Notes under the pieces: generated by a model | The model's input: the letters and a program-made list of their open reading frames with translations, nothing else | What the model was told of the DNA's origin: nothing | The model's database searches: none | Program-made: the position numbers and the translations under genes | DNA from: Raoultibacter sp. | GTDB taxonomy: Bacteria > Actinomycetota > Coriobacteriia > Coriobacteriales > Eggerthellaceae | Direction of reading: 5' to 3' | Length of the DNA stretch: 64,000 nt | Assembly (NCBI GenBank): GCA_036649035.1 | Contig: JAVWCK010000001.1 | Span: forward strand, 4,856 to 68,855 | Part shown: one piece after another, positions 1 to 8,875 of the stretch | How the letters are laid out: each line of letters opens with the position of its first letter | Position numbering within the stretch: the stretch's first letter is position 1

Positions 1-130
1 CCGCATCCTTGATCGCATCAACCGCCCGCGCACCTTCGGCCGTATCGACACCCGCCTGCGCATAGGTGGTCGCATCCTCATTCACCCAACTGGGCATAGC
101 GACCGCTTCATCGTTCTCGGTGTAGGGCAT
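1..130 (-). CDS. purM: phosphoribosylformylglycinamidine cyclo-ligase (PurM), N-terminal fragment running off the window
   Basis: My own reverse-strand translation from the ATG at 130 gives MPYTENDEAVAMPSWVNEDATTYAQAGVDTAEGARAVDAIKDA. The Y-x-x-AGVD-x-x-x-G block is the canonical PurM N-terminus. A GAGAGGA Shine-Dalgarno lies upstream, and the gene sits directly downstream of purF. An in-frame ATG at 148 is an alternative start. Confidence 0.6.
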   Translation of the reverse strand, partial: MPYTENDEAVAMPSWVNEDATTYAQAGVDTAEGARAVDAIKDA

Positions 131-151
131 GGTAATCCTCTCGGTCATGTT

Positions 152-1621
152 TTACTCCTTGTCCGCAAAAGCGGCGCTGATCGCTCCAGGCTCCAAAAAG
201 CCCTTTTTCTGAAGAACTGCAGGAATGTCGATGGGATAATCACCCGTAAAACACGCATCGCAAAAAGCATCGTGCTCTGCGTGAACCGAAGCGTGCAAAC
301 CCTCGATAGAAAGGAAAGCAAGGGAATCGGTCCCGATATAGGTATTCATCTGCTCCACCGTCATATTGGCAGCAATCAGCTGGTCTTGAGTGTCGGTATC
401 GATGCCGTAAAAACACGGCCACATCACTTCGGGAGAAACAATGCGCATGTGCACTTCTTTCGCGCCCGCAGCACGCAACATGGCAACAAGCTTCTTCGAG
501 GTGTTGCCGCGCACAATGCTGTCGTCGATGACAACAAGACGTTTGCCGGCAATAACCGAAGGCAGAGGATTGAGCTTGATGCGGATGCCCATTTGCCGCA
601 TGGCTTGAGTCGGCGCGATGAACGTGCGGCCGACATAGCGATTCTTCACGATACCATCGGAATACGGGATGCCGCTTTGCAGCGCATAACCCATAGCCGA
701 AGGAACCCCGGAGTCGGGAACGCCCAGCACCAAATCGGCCTCGACAGGTGCCTCCTGCGCCAAAATGCGCCCCATGTTGCGGCGCGCCTGATAGACGCTT
801 TGTCCATCCAAGACGGAATCGGGTCGCGCGAAGTAAACGTATTCGAACAGGCACGCCGCGCGTCTTTTCGCCGGAATAGCCTGTTCGGCATACATACCAT
901 CAGCATTGAACCGCACTATTTCACCCGGTTCGACATCGCGCACGAATTCAGCTCCGATGATATCGAGCCCGCATGTTTCACTGGAAACCACCCATCCGCC
1001 ATCGGGCAACTTGCCGATGCTTAAAGGGCGGATGCCGTGCGCATCACGAAACGCGTAGAGCGAGTCGGGGCTAGCCAACACCATGGCATATGCCCCTTCG
1101 AGCGACTGCATCATCATACGGATCCCGTCGCGCAGATGATGGGTTTCCTGGGTGGCGCGCCCGATAACCTTTGCGGCCACTTCGCTGTCTGCAGACGAAC
1201 GGAACTGCACGCCTTCCGCAACCAGATGGGCGCGCATCGCATTCGTGTTGATAAGCGTACCGTTATGGGCAAGGGCGATCAACACATCATCGATCGCTGA
1301 AATATGAGGCTGCGCCGCTTCCCATGACGAAGAAGCGCCGCTGGTGGAATAGCGGGCATGACCCACCGCCACGCACCCGGGCAGCGCCGCCAGAGAGGCC
1401 TCGTTGAACACCTGGGTTACCAATCCCAAATCTTTGGTGACCATGATGGTATCGCCATCCCCTACCGCAATACCGGCGCTTTCCTGACCGCGATGCTGCA
1501 GCGCCTGCAACCCAAAGCAGGTCAAGCGCGCAACATCTTCATTGGGTGCAAACACGCCGAAGACGGCACAAGCCTCTTCGGGACGATCGGGTTTTTCACC
1601 GGGAATCAAAGAACCACTCAT
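152..1621 (-). CDS. purF: amidophosphoribosyltransferase
   Basis: 489-aa ORF. The N-terminal CAVFGV nucleophile Cys, the QHRGQESAGIAV block, the PRTase motif VVIDDSIVRGNTS and C-terminal Cys residues are typical of PurF. Confidence 0.97.
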   Translation of the reverse strand: MSGSLIPGEKPDRPEEACAVFGVFAPNEDVARLTCFGLQALQHRGQESAGIAVGDGDTIMVTKDLGLVTQVFNEASLAALPGCVAVGHARYSTSGASSSWEAAQPHISAIDDVLIALAHNGTLINTNAMRAHLVAEGVQFRSSADSEVAAKVIGRATQETHHLRDGIRMMMQSLEGAYAMVLASPDSLYAFRDAHGIRPLSIGKLPDGGWVVSSETCGLDIIGAEFVRDVEPGEIVRFNADGMYAEQAIPAKRRAACLFEYVYFARPDSVLDGQSVYQARRNMGRILAQEAPVEADLVLGVPDSGVPSAMGYALQSGIPYSDGIVKNRYVGRTFIAPTQAMRQMGIRIKLNPLPSVIAGKRLVVIDDSIVRGNTSKKLVAMLRAAGAKEVHMRIVSPEVMWPCFYGIDTDTQDQLIAANMTVEQMNTYIGTDSLAFLSIEGLHASVHAEHDAFCDACFTGDYPIDIPAVLQKKGFLEPGAISAAFADKE

Positions 1622-2601
1622 GCAATCTCCTTAGCTGCTTGCTCATCAACACCAACATCGCTGGGATTGACGGCACTTTCTTGGGTTGTGGGGGCTGTCT
1701 GCATACTCGCGTCGGTAGGAGCAACTTCTTTTTTTGTGGATTCAACCACAGAAGCGAAAAGAACCTCACGTCCCTCATCGGTGACGTTATCGCACGTCAC
1801 AAACGAAAACACACGCGTCACCCCCGCAGGATCAACCGCTTCGGTCGGGGCAACGGCACTGCGATTTATCTTGTCTTGCACATACGCTTGCAGATCCGCG
1901 GATGTCGCGAAATTAGCCTGTGCCAAAGGATCGTCGTCTCTACACGCGATCAGGGAAAAGGTCGAGAGTTTATAATTGCCATCGGGTGTTAGCACGTAAA
2001 TCAAGCGGTGCTCGTTGAACGCCTTCGCATCGAAAAATCCATCGATGAAAGCGAACATCGATCCGTCATTCATATGATGACCGTACACGATATTATTGGC
2101 ATCGGAAAAACCGGGCGCATTTTCCGCCGAAAGAAAAATGGTGCCGAATGCTGCCAAAAATCCAGTGTCGCCGTTAAAATCGGTCTTCAAATATTTTTCG
2201 TTATCAGAGGTATGGACGATCGGGTAGTTCACCGACGTACCGGGAATATATATCCAACCGACCACTTCGGGGTTCCTTTTTCGCAGCGCATCCCAATCGA
2301 GCTTCATATCGGCAAGTTGCATGGCGGCAGGATCGCTTGGTTCGACAAATGCGTCCTGAGCAATTTCTTTGTAGGTGTTTTGTCCTTGCCAATAGCTGAA
2401 CCCGACAATGCCAAGCCCGATCAGAGAAAGCACCAGCACGATAAATGCCACCCCGAACACGATGCGCCAGGGGCCGTTCTTTTTCGGGGGAAGCCCAGAA
2501 CCATGCGAAGCGGTGCGGACGGAAGGACGCGCGCCGCTTCTGCGCTGAGGCGACTTGCTTGAAGCAGGCAGCACCTGTCCATATCTGCGATGATCAGCCA
2601 T
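1618..2601 (-). CDS. class B-like sortase (membrane-anchored transpeptidase)
   Basis: 327-aa ORF with a basic N-terminus and one TM segment (WRIVFGVAFIVLVLSLIGLGIVGF). It carries the NIVYGHHMNDGSMFA block and a FVTCD catalytic-Cys block characteristic of SrtB-type sortases. Its stop overlaps the purF start by 4 nt (ATGA). Confidence 0.85.
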   Translation of the reverse strand: MADHRRYGQVLPASSKSPQRRSGARPSVRTASHGSGLPPKKNGPWRIVFGVAFIVLVLSLIGLGIVGFSYWQGQNTYKEIAQDAFVEPSDPAAMQLADMKLDWDALRKRNPEVVGWIYIPGTSVNYPIVHTSDNEKYLKTDFNGDTGFLAAFGTIFLSAENAPGFSDANNIVYGHHMNDGSMFAFIDGFFDAKAFNEHRLIYVLTPDGNYKLSTFSLIACRDDDPLAQANFATSADLQAYVQDKINRSAVAPTEAVDPAGVTRVFSFVTCDNVTDEGREVLFASVVESTKKEVAPTDASMQTAPTTQESAVNPSDVGVDEQAAKEIA

Positions 2602-2711
2602 AGGTTCCTTTCGTTATACGCCCTGGGCCACTCGTGCCGCCCAGGAAAACAAGAAAGCGCTGCGCCGGCCTTAAGACGCAAACGCTCGTAATCACAACCT
2701 GTGCACATGAT

Positions 2712-2738
2712 AAACAAAACGCCCCCGAAAGGGGGGCG
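2712..2738 (-). terminator. intrinsic terminator
   Basis: CGCCCCC-GAAA(G)-GGGGGCG hairpin, followed on the minus strand by TTTTGTTTAT. It lies about 110 nt downstream of the small ORF at 2848..2955. Confidence 0.6.
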
Positions 2739-2847
2739 CGATAAGCGTTTTATCGGTTTCTGTACGTAATATCCATGCCTTAAGCATGCGGGGAAACAAC
2801 CCCAAAGAGCCGGCCACCAGCAGCGCGAGAAGCAGCGGATATTCGCG

Positions 2848-2955
2848 TTATTTCTTCTTCATTTCGTCGATGAAGCCCTTCGCGATGAAAACCACGATAA
2901 TCAATACGATCACCGCAACGATAATCCAGACCGCTTCCATAGGAATGTTCAGCAT
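2848..2955 (-). CDS. small hydrophobic membrane peptide (35 aa), function unknown
   Basis: My own translation: MLNIPMEAVWIIVAVIVLIIVVFIAKGFIDEMKKK. It has one clear TM helix with a basic C-terminus. An AGGGG Shine-Dalgarno lies about 7 nt upstream of the ATG and a terminator lies downstream. It is below the 60-aa cutoff of the ORF track. Confidence 0.4.
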   Translation of the reverse strand: MLNIPMEAVWIIVAVIVLIIVVFIAKGFIDEMKKK

Positions 2956-3041
2956 ATCTACCCCTTTTGTCTCAAACATTGCCGGCTGACGACAACGTGC
3001 ATTAACTGCGTACCTTTACCTTCGTCCATGGTAGCGCTCAC

Positions 3042-4745
3042 TCACTTTTCATGCAAGCGAGCTTCAAGCGTATCGTTGATAATTCGTAACGCTTTTATGC
3101 GCGCATAGTGCTTATTGTCGCTTTCCAGGATGATCCACGGAGCATAGGGCGTCGATGTCAAACGGAACATATCCTCTACGGCGGCGTGATATTGCGGATA
3201 GCGGTCGCGATTGCGCCAATCTTCCGGAGTGATCTTCCATTGCTTGGCCGGATCCTTCTCCCGATCATTGAAGCGCACCAGCTGCTCCTCGCGGCTGATA
3301 TCGACCCAAAACTTCAGGAGGACAGCACCCCATTCCTGTAAATCGCGTTCGAATTCATTGATCTCGTCGTAAGCACGACCCCACTCGTCACTCGACGCAA
3401 AACCCTCCACGCGCTCCACAAGCACCCGCCCATACCAGCTGCGATCATAGATACCCACATGACCCGCCTTGGGCAAGCGCGTCCAGTACCGCCACAGGTG
3501 CGGATGCATCAGTTCGAGCCTGGTGGGAGCTGGAGAGGGATAGATGGTGTAGGCGCGCGCATCGAGCGCCTGGGCAACCCGCTTGATATTGCCCCCCTTC
3601 CCCGCAGCGTCCCACCCTTCATACATGATCATAAGAGGAATGCGCCGTTGATACAGTTCCAGCTCAAGATTAAAAAGACGATCCTGCTCGATGGCGAGAC
3701 GCCGCTTGTATTCCTCCCGCGAAAACTGCAGATGACGGTCGACACCCTGCAGGGTGGGAAAGTCAGCCACGATTTGAAACTCGGAAGAAGTCGGAGCGAG
3801 CGAGCGAGCCTCTCTTGCCTGCTCTTGCGCGATCACCTGCAAGGCTTCTTGCTGTTCGGGGGTACGCGAGCGCTCGTCGGTGCCCTCTTCTTGCACCGAC
3901 GAGCTGTTTGTCAAAGCCGACTGAGCAGCAGTGGCGGCGGCGGGATCAACCCGTTTGCGCAACGCCGTCTCAATCGATTCGACCAACGTGCGCACGATGG
4001 TAAGATTCGAGCGACGCTTATCTCGCCCGTTGAGCAGCACCCAAGGAGCAAAATCAAAATTAGTTTTGCATAAAAGATTTTCATATATCTGATAGGTGTT
4101 GGCGTAATCGTCAACGTGATTCAATTCTTCCTTCGACACTCGCCACGCGGTCGCCGGATCTTTTGCCAACTCCGTCAAACGTTCGCGTTGCGTTTGCTCG
4201 GGAATGTGCAGGAAGAATTTCACCACCACATAGCCATCGTCTATCAATTGCTTTTCAAAATTCTCAATCGATTCGATATGCGCATCGATCTTAAGACCGA
4301 GCCTTTCCTCGAAACGACGACGCTGCTTGCGCGAAATATCTTTGTCGGATTTGGCGTACATAAGTCGCTGAGCAGCCGTCGTATACCAACCACGGTCGAA
4401 TAGCGTCATATTGCCCCGCGGGCCGAGCGCCTTCCAAAATTCCTGCATCAGCGGGAAAAATCCCGTTGCACCGAGATGCTCGTCGCGAAAACGCTTGGCA
4501 TCTTTCACATTGAAGTTTTCCGTCACATGCACGGTCGTAGCACGGGCGTCCAGCTCGAAAAGCAAGTCGGAAATGCGTCCGCCCTTGCCTGCCCCGTTCC
4601 ATCCTTCGAGCAAAACGACCACGCCGACACCGGCGATGCGTGCTTGCTGCTGCAGCGCGACAAGTCGCTCGATCAGGGCATCATGAAGCGGTTTATAATA
4701 CTCTTTGGAAATATTATCAACAGCGAAATCAACCTTTTCCAGCAT
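3042..4745 (-). CDS. ppk2: two-domain polyphosphate kinase 2 family protein (polyphosphate:AMP/NMP phosphotransferase-like)
   Basis: 567-aa ORF with two tandem PPK2 domains. Each has a Walker-A-like loop (GWNGAGKGG and GWDAAGKGG) and a downstream DRSWY/DRGWY block. The domains are joined by a low-complexity linker. Confidence 0.9.
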   Translation of the reverse strand: MLEKVDFAVDNISKEYYKPLHDALIERLVALQQQARIAGVGVVVLLEGWNGAGKGGRISDLLFELDARATTVHVTENFNVKDAKRFRDEHLGATGFFPLMQEFWKALGPRGNMTLFDRGWYTTAAQRLMYAKSDKDISRKQRRRFEERLGLKIDAHIESIENFEKQLIDDGYVVVKFFLHIPEQTQRERLTELAKDPATAWRVSKEELNHVDDYANTYQIYENLLCKTNFDFAPWVLLNGRDKRRSNLTIVRTLVESIETALRKRVDPAAATAAQSALTNSSSVQEEGTDERSRTPEQQEALQVIAQEQAREARSLAPTSSEFQIVADFPTLQGVDRHLQFSREEYKRRLAIEQDRLFNLELELYQRRIPLMIMYEGWDAAGKGGNIKRVAQALDARAYTIYPSPAPTRLELMHPHLWRYWTRLPKAGHVGIYDRSWYGRVLVERVEGFASSDEWGRAYDEINEFERDLQEWGAVLLKFWVDISREEQLVRFNDREKDPAKQWKITPEDWRNRDRYPQYHAAVEDMFRLTSTPYAPWIILESDNKHYARIKALRIINDTLEARLHEK

Positions 4746-4864
4746 GAAGTCCCCTTTCCGCTTTGTTCAATCATGATACCCCATTGACCGCATTGCCCTT
4801 TTAAAAGCTTCAGCAAACCCTTAAAATATTAAAAAGCTCTTTTGTCTGCGCAGATAGGAATTGC

Positions 4865-5806
4865 ATGCCCAACTACGGAATCATCGACCTTGGCTCGAAT
4901 ACCGTTCGCGCCTGCATTTACGAAATCAAAGATGATACGAAGAAAGTATATCGGCGGAAAAAAGACTTCCGCAGCCTTATCAACCACAAAGTTATGGCTG
5001 GTCTTGCGGCTCACGTCGAAAACGGGGCTATGACCGCTGGCGGCATCGACCACGCTGTCAGCGTGCTCAGCGGGCACCTTCGGCGGGCGGAATACTTCAA
5101 ATGCAAGCGCCTCGATATCTTCGCAACCGCAGTTTTGCGCAATTGCACCAATTCCCACGAAGCAACGAGAGCTATCGAAGCGCGCATCAATCAACCTATC
5201 TGCCTGCTTTCTGCCGCCGAGGAGGCGCATTTGGGCTTTGTGGGAGCCACCAGCGATGCGACGATCGAAGAGGGAACCTTGATCGATATCGGCGGCGGCT
5301 CAACCGAGCTCACGCGCATCACCGGCGGATGCGACTTCGATAATATCAGCCTCAAGCAGGGGTCGCTTTCCTCGTTTGCGAACCAGGTGGCTTCCCTGCT
5401 GCCCACGCCCGTCGAAACAGAGGCCATCAGCACCTCGTTCGAGCGTATCTTAACCAGCCAAACAAGCTGCGAACCCTATCGTAGCCCCCATTTTTTCGGT
5501 ATCGGAGGCAGCGTTCGCGCAGCGGCGAAAATGTACGCCGAAATAACCTGCACGGTCAACCGCCCCGAAACCTTAACCCCCGCGCAAGTCAACGAGATAC
5601 TGGCGCTTTACCGGCGCGATCCCCATACTTTTGCCCACCTGGCACTCAAAGCAGTGCCCGACCGCGTGCACACCCTTATACCAGGCTGCCTCATCCTGGC
5701 GCAGATCATGCGCGATTGCCTCGCCGAAAACCTCTTGATCTGCAAAGGCGGGGTGCGCGAAGGATACCTTATCGAGCGTATACTGCAAGGACGAACCCGA
5801 CTATAA
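4865..5806 (+). CDS. ppx: Ppx/GppA family phosphatase (exopolyphosphatase-like, actin-fold domains only)
   Basis: 313-aa ORF. IIDLGSNTVRACIYE and IDIGGGSTEL are the phosphate-1 and phosphate-2 motifs of the Ppx/GppA ASKHA fold. There is no C-terminal HD domain. Confidence 0.85.
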   Translation: MPNYGIIDLGSNTVRACIYEIKDDTKKVYRRKKDFRSLINHKVMAGLAAHVENGAMTAGGIDHAVSVLSGHLRRAEYFKCKRLDIFATAVLRNCTNSHEATRAIEARINQPICLLSAAEEAHLGFVGATSDATIEEGTLIDIGGGSTELTRITGGCDFDNISLKQGSLSSFANQVASLLPTPVETEAISTSFERILTSQTSCEPYRSPHFFGIGGSVRAAAKMYAEITCTVNRPETLTPAQVNEILALYRRDPHTFAHLALKAVPDRVHTLIPGCLILAQIMRDCLAENLLICKGGVREGYLIERILQGRTRL

Positions 5807-5880
5807 TCTTTGTATCGCCTCAAGCAAACACGAAACCCTGTCACCCGCCAAGCAATGCCCCACAAGAGTAAGGATTCACC

Positions 5881-8577
5881 ATGGATGCCAAGAAGACCGT
5901 TGAAATAATGCCAACCACCCCCCGAACGAAGCTTCCCGCTTCCGATACTCAGCCCTTACCGGAAAAGGTGTCCCCAAAAAATTGCGCCTATATGCAAAAC
6001 CGCGAGCTTTCCTGGCTCACTTTCAACGAGCGCGTGCTCGCTCAGGGAGCCGACGAAACCGTCCCCCTCCTAGAGCGACTTACCTTTATCGCTATATTCT
6101 CTTCGAATCTGCAGGAATTTTTCATGGTACGCGTCGGCAGCCTGACCGATTTGGGTCTTTTGAAGAAAGCGGTACGCGACTCCAAAACGAACATGACCCC
6201 GACCGAACAACTCGATGCCATCAACGACCGCTGCCATGAGCTCTACCCCCTGCAGGAGGCCATCTTCAAAGATGTTCGTCAAAAGCTGAAGGCCAAGGGC
6301 GTCAAGAATCTGCATACCAAAGATTTGAGCACCGACCAAAACGAATATCTGCGCATACACCTGCAAGCCAATGTCGTACCGTTTTTGTCCCCCCAAATCA
6401 TCAATTCACGCCATCCTTTCCCCCACCTGGAAAACGGAGCTCTCTACGTTTTGGTGCGCCTTGACGAAGAGGTCTCCGGTGCGAAAAAAGACGCTAAGAC
6501 TCCCCATAAAAAGGAAAAGAACCAAGCCGCTGAAGGGGTTACCCTTGGACTGATCCCCCTGCCGAAGCAATGCGAGCGCGTGATCCAGCTCCCTGGCGAA
6601 GGGTTGCAGTTCATCTTGATCGAACACGCTTTGGAAATGATCGCAGACAGCATTTTTTCAATGTACGCAGTCAAGCACACCAACGTAATCTGCGTCACGC
6701 GCAATGCCGATCTCGATGCAACCGAAGGCACCGACGAAATCGAAGAGGACTATCGCGAGCACATGAAGCGCATCCTGAAGAAACGATCTCGCCTGGCTCC
6801 GGTGCGCTTGGAATGCGAGCGGCGCCTTTCCCCCGTCATGGAGGGATTCCTTCTCAACCGTCTGAACCTCAAGGAAAACCAGGTGTATATCACCAGCGTG
6901 CCTCTGGATATGGGCTATGCTTGGGGCTTGGCTTCCCGTCTTGACAAAAATGTCGCGAAAGAACTGATCTGCGCGCCGTTCGTTCCTCAATGGCCAGCCT
7001 GCATCGATCGTCGTCGTCCCGTTACCGAACAGGTAGAGGAAAAGGAAATGCTGCTTTCCTATCCCTATGAAAGCATGGATGCCTTCGTGCAACTTCTGCG
7101 CGAAGCCGCCGTCGACCCTACGGTTGTTTCCATCAAGATAACCCTCTATCGCCTGGCCAGCCAATCGCATTTGGCCGAAGCGCTCATCACCGCCGCCGAA
7201 AACGGCAAGGATGTCACCGCCCTTTTCGAACTGCGCGCACGCTTCGATGAAAACAACAATATCGCCTGGTCGCAACGATTTGAAGAAGCGGGCGCCAACG
7301 TTATCTACGGCTTCCGCGATTACAAGGTGCACAGCAAAATTTGCTGTATCACACGCCAAACCAGTGAGGGCATACAGCACATCACCCAACTGGGCACGGG
7401 CAACTACAACGAAAAAACGGCCAAGCTCTACACCGACCTTTCGTTCATCACCACCGATGCGACCATCGGCCGCGACGCAATGGAATTCTTTCGCAACATG
7501 GCACTTGAAAACGCCTCAACAAATTATGAGCTTCTGTGGGTAGCTCCCCTGCAGATCAAACCGATGCTGATCGCCGGTATCGACAAGCAGATCGCCCTTG
7601 CTCGCGCAGGCGAAGAAGCCGAGCTCTTCTTCAAAACCAATTCCATCACGGATAAAGATATCATCGAAAAGATTGCGGAAGCCTCGCAGGCCGGGGTAAA
7701 AGTCACCCTGCTCGTGCGTGGCATTTCGTGTCTTATCCCGCAGATTCCCGGAGTCACCGACAATATCCACCTCTTCTCGATTGTCGGGCGATTGCTGGAA
7801 CACAGCCGCATCTACGGTTTTGGACCGCACGATTCCATGCGCCTCTACCTTTCAAGCGCCGACCTCATGACGCGCAACATGGACAAGCGGATCGAAATCG
7901 CCTGGCCGATCCTAAATGAAGAACTGCGATGCTCCCTTCTTCGCTACCTGGATGTCACGCTTTCCGATACCGCTAAGCTGCGCGAGCTGCGTGCCGACAA
8001 AAGCTATACGCCCTTGGGTTCATTTGCCTCCGTCGGCGCCGACGGTGCGCGTGAACTCTTCGATTCGCAGGATTACTTCATCAAAGAAGCCTATGGTCGC
8101 CGCCTTGAAGCAGCAGCCGAAGAAGCGACGCGCGAAGCCAACCGCAAAGACCCCAAAGAGCAGGCAGTAAAAACTCCCCCGACGGCAAAAGCGGCAAACG
8201 CACCTGAACCGACATCCGAACCAACGCCTTCAATCGAAAGAGAAGACGATCCGGCAACGCCCGAAGCGGACAATCGGGAAGAAGAGGCGCTTTTCACCGC
8301 CCAGGCAAAGGGAAGCGGCACCCCTTCGGTGCCCGAACCGGAAGAAAAACGCGCCTCGTCCAACGTCGTGGCCCCGGCAAGCCCCTCCCTCGCATCCGAC
8401 AAGGCTTACGGTGCGGATAACATCCCCGCAACCGGTGCCCCCCGGCCTTCCATAAACCCCTCGAGCGCCGTGCCCACCGCATCACGCCCCCTGCCCCCCA
8501 CCGTGGCGCAGCCAAGAACCGTCCCCAAGAAGTTCAGTATCAAAACGTTTATCACCCGCTTGTTCAGCAGGAAGTAA
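5881..8577 (+). CDS. ppk: polyphosphate kinase 1 with about a 156-aa Pro/Ala/Ser-rich C-terminal extension
   Basis: 898-aa ORF. NRELSWLTFNERVL near the N-terminus, FRDYKVHSKICCI (the autophosphorylated His region) and two PLD-like HxK-type regions (LLEHSRIY) are typical of PPK1. The extension is described in the findings. Confidence 0.95.
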   Translation: MDAKKTVEIMPTTPRTKLPASDTQPLPEKVSPKNCAYMQNRELSWLTFNERVLAQGADETVPLLERLTFIAIFSSNLQEFFMVRVGSLTDLGLLKKAVRDSKTNMTPTEQLDAINDRCHELYPLQEAIFKDVRQKLKAKGVKNLHTKDLSTDQNEYLRIHLQANVVPFLSPQIINSRHPFPHLENGALYVLVRLDEEVSGAKKDAKTPHKKEKNQAAEGVTLGLIPLPKQCERVIQLPGEGLQFILIEHALEMIADSIFSMYAVKHTNVICVTRNADLDATEGTDEIEEDYREHMKRILKKRSRLAPVRLECERRLSPVMEGFLLNRLNLKENQVYITSVPLDMGYAWGLASRLDKNVAKELICAPFVPQWPACIDRRRPVTEQVEEKEMLLSYPYESMDAFVQLLREAAVDPTVVSIKITLYRLASQSHLAEALITAAENGKDVTALFELRARFDENNNIAWSQRFEEAGANVIYGFRDYKVHSKICCITRQTSEGIQHITQLGTGNYNEKTAKLYTDLSFITTDATIGRDAMEFFRNMALENASTNYELLWVAPLQIKPMLIAGIDKQIALARAGEEAELFFKTNSITDKDIIEKIAEASQAGVKVTLLVRGISCLIPQIPGVTDNIHLFSIVGRLLEHSRIYGFGPHDSMRLYLSSADLMTRNMDKRIEIAWPILNEELRCSLLRYLDVTLSDTAKLRELRADKSYTPLGSFASVGADGARELFDSQDYFIKEAYGRRLEAAAEEATREANRKDPKEQAVKTPPTAKAANAPEPTSEPTPSIEREDDPATPEADNREEEALFTAQAKGSGTPSVPEPEEKRASSNVVAPASPSLASDKAYGADNIPATGAPRPSINPSSAVPTASRPLPPTVAQPRTVPKKFSIKTFITRLFSRK

Positions 8578-8611
8578 ACCGAAAACACAAGACCCTTTAA
8601 AATAAAATAAA

Positions 8612-8647
8612 ATAGGGAACGGAGTCTGCATACCGTTCCCTATTTTT
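8612..8647 (+). terminator. intrinsic terminator after ppk1 (possibly bidirectional)
   Basis: ATAGGGAACGG, a 10-nt loop, then CCGTTCCCTAT followed by TTTTT. An A-rich run precedes the stem. Confidence 0.8.
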
Positions 8648-8712
8648 CTGTCGCAGGGCGCGACTGGGGCATATATGGATCGAGAGCAAAACTCTGGAAT
8701 CCCTGTTGATAA

Positions 8713-8875
8713 GCGTGATGCAGATGGCTTGAGAAACTGGAGGACATAAACGAACAGGGATCGCATAACGATTTGAGGAGGTGTTTTGCAGCGCCGTGGA
8801 GAGGGTGCGCAGTCCTGTTCATTTAAGGTCGAGGCTAACTATTCCTTCCATTTTCTCAAGCCGTCTGCATCTCGC
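8713..8875 (+). ncRNA. candidate structured RNA (nested long helices); identity unknown
   Basis: 20-bp outer helix 8717-8736 with 8852-8871 (19 Watson-Crick pairs plus 1 G.U). It is extended by GCG/CGC at 8713-8715 with 8873-8875. Inner helices are 8738-8744 with 8843-8850 and 8752-8758 with 8814-8820. Terminal hairpins are 8759-8773 and 8787-8811. All three G.U pairs form only in the plus-strand RNA. There is no convincing ORF. Confidence 0.3.
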
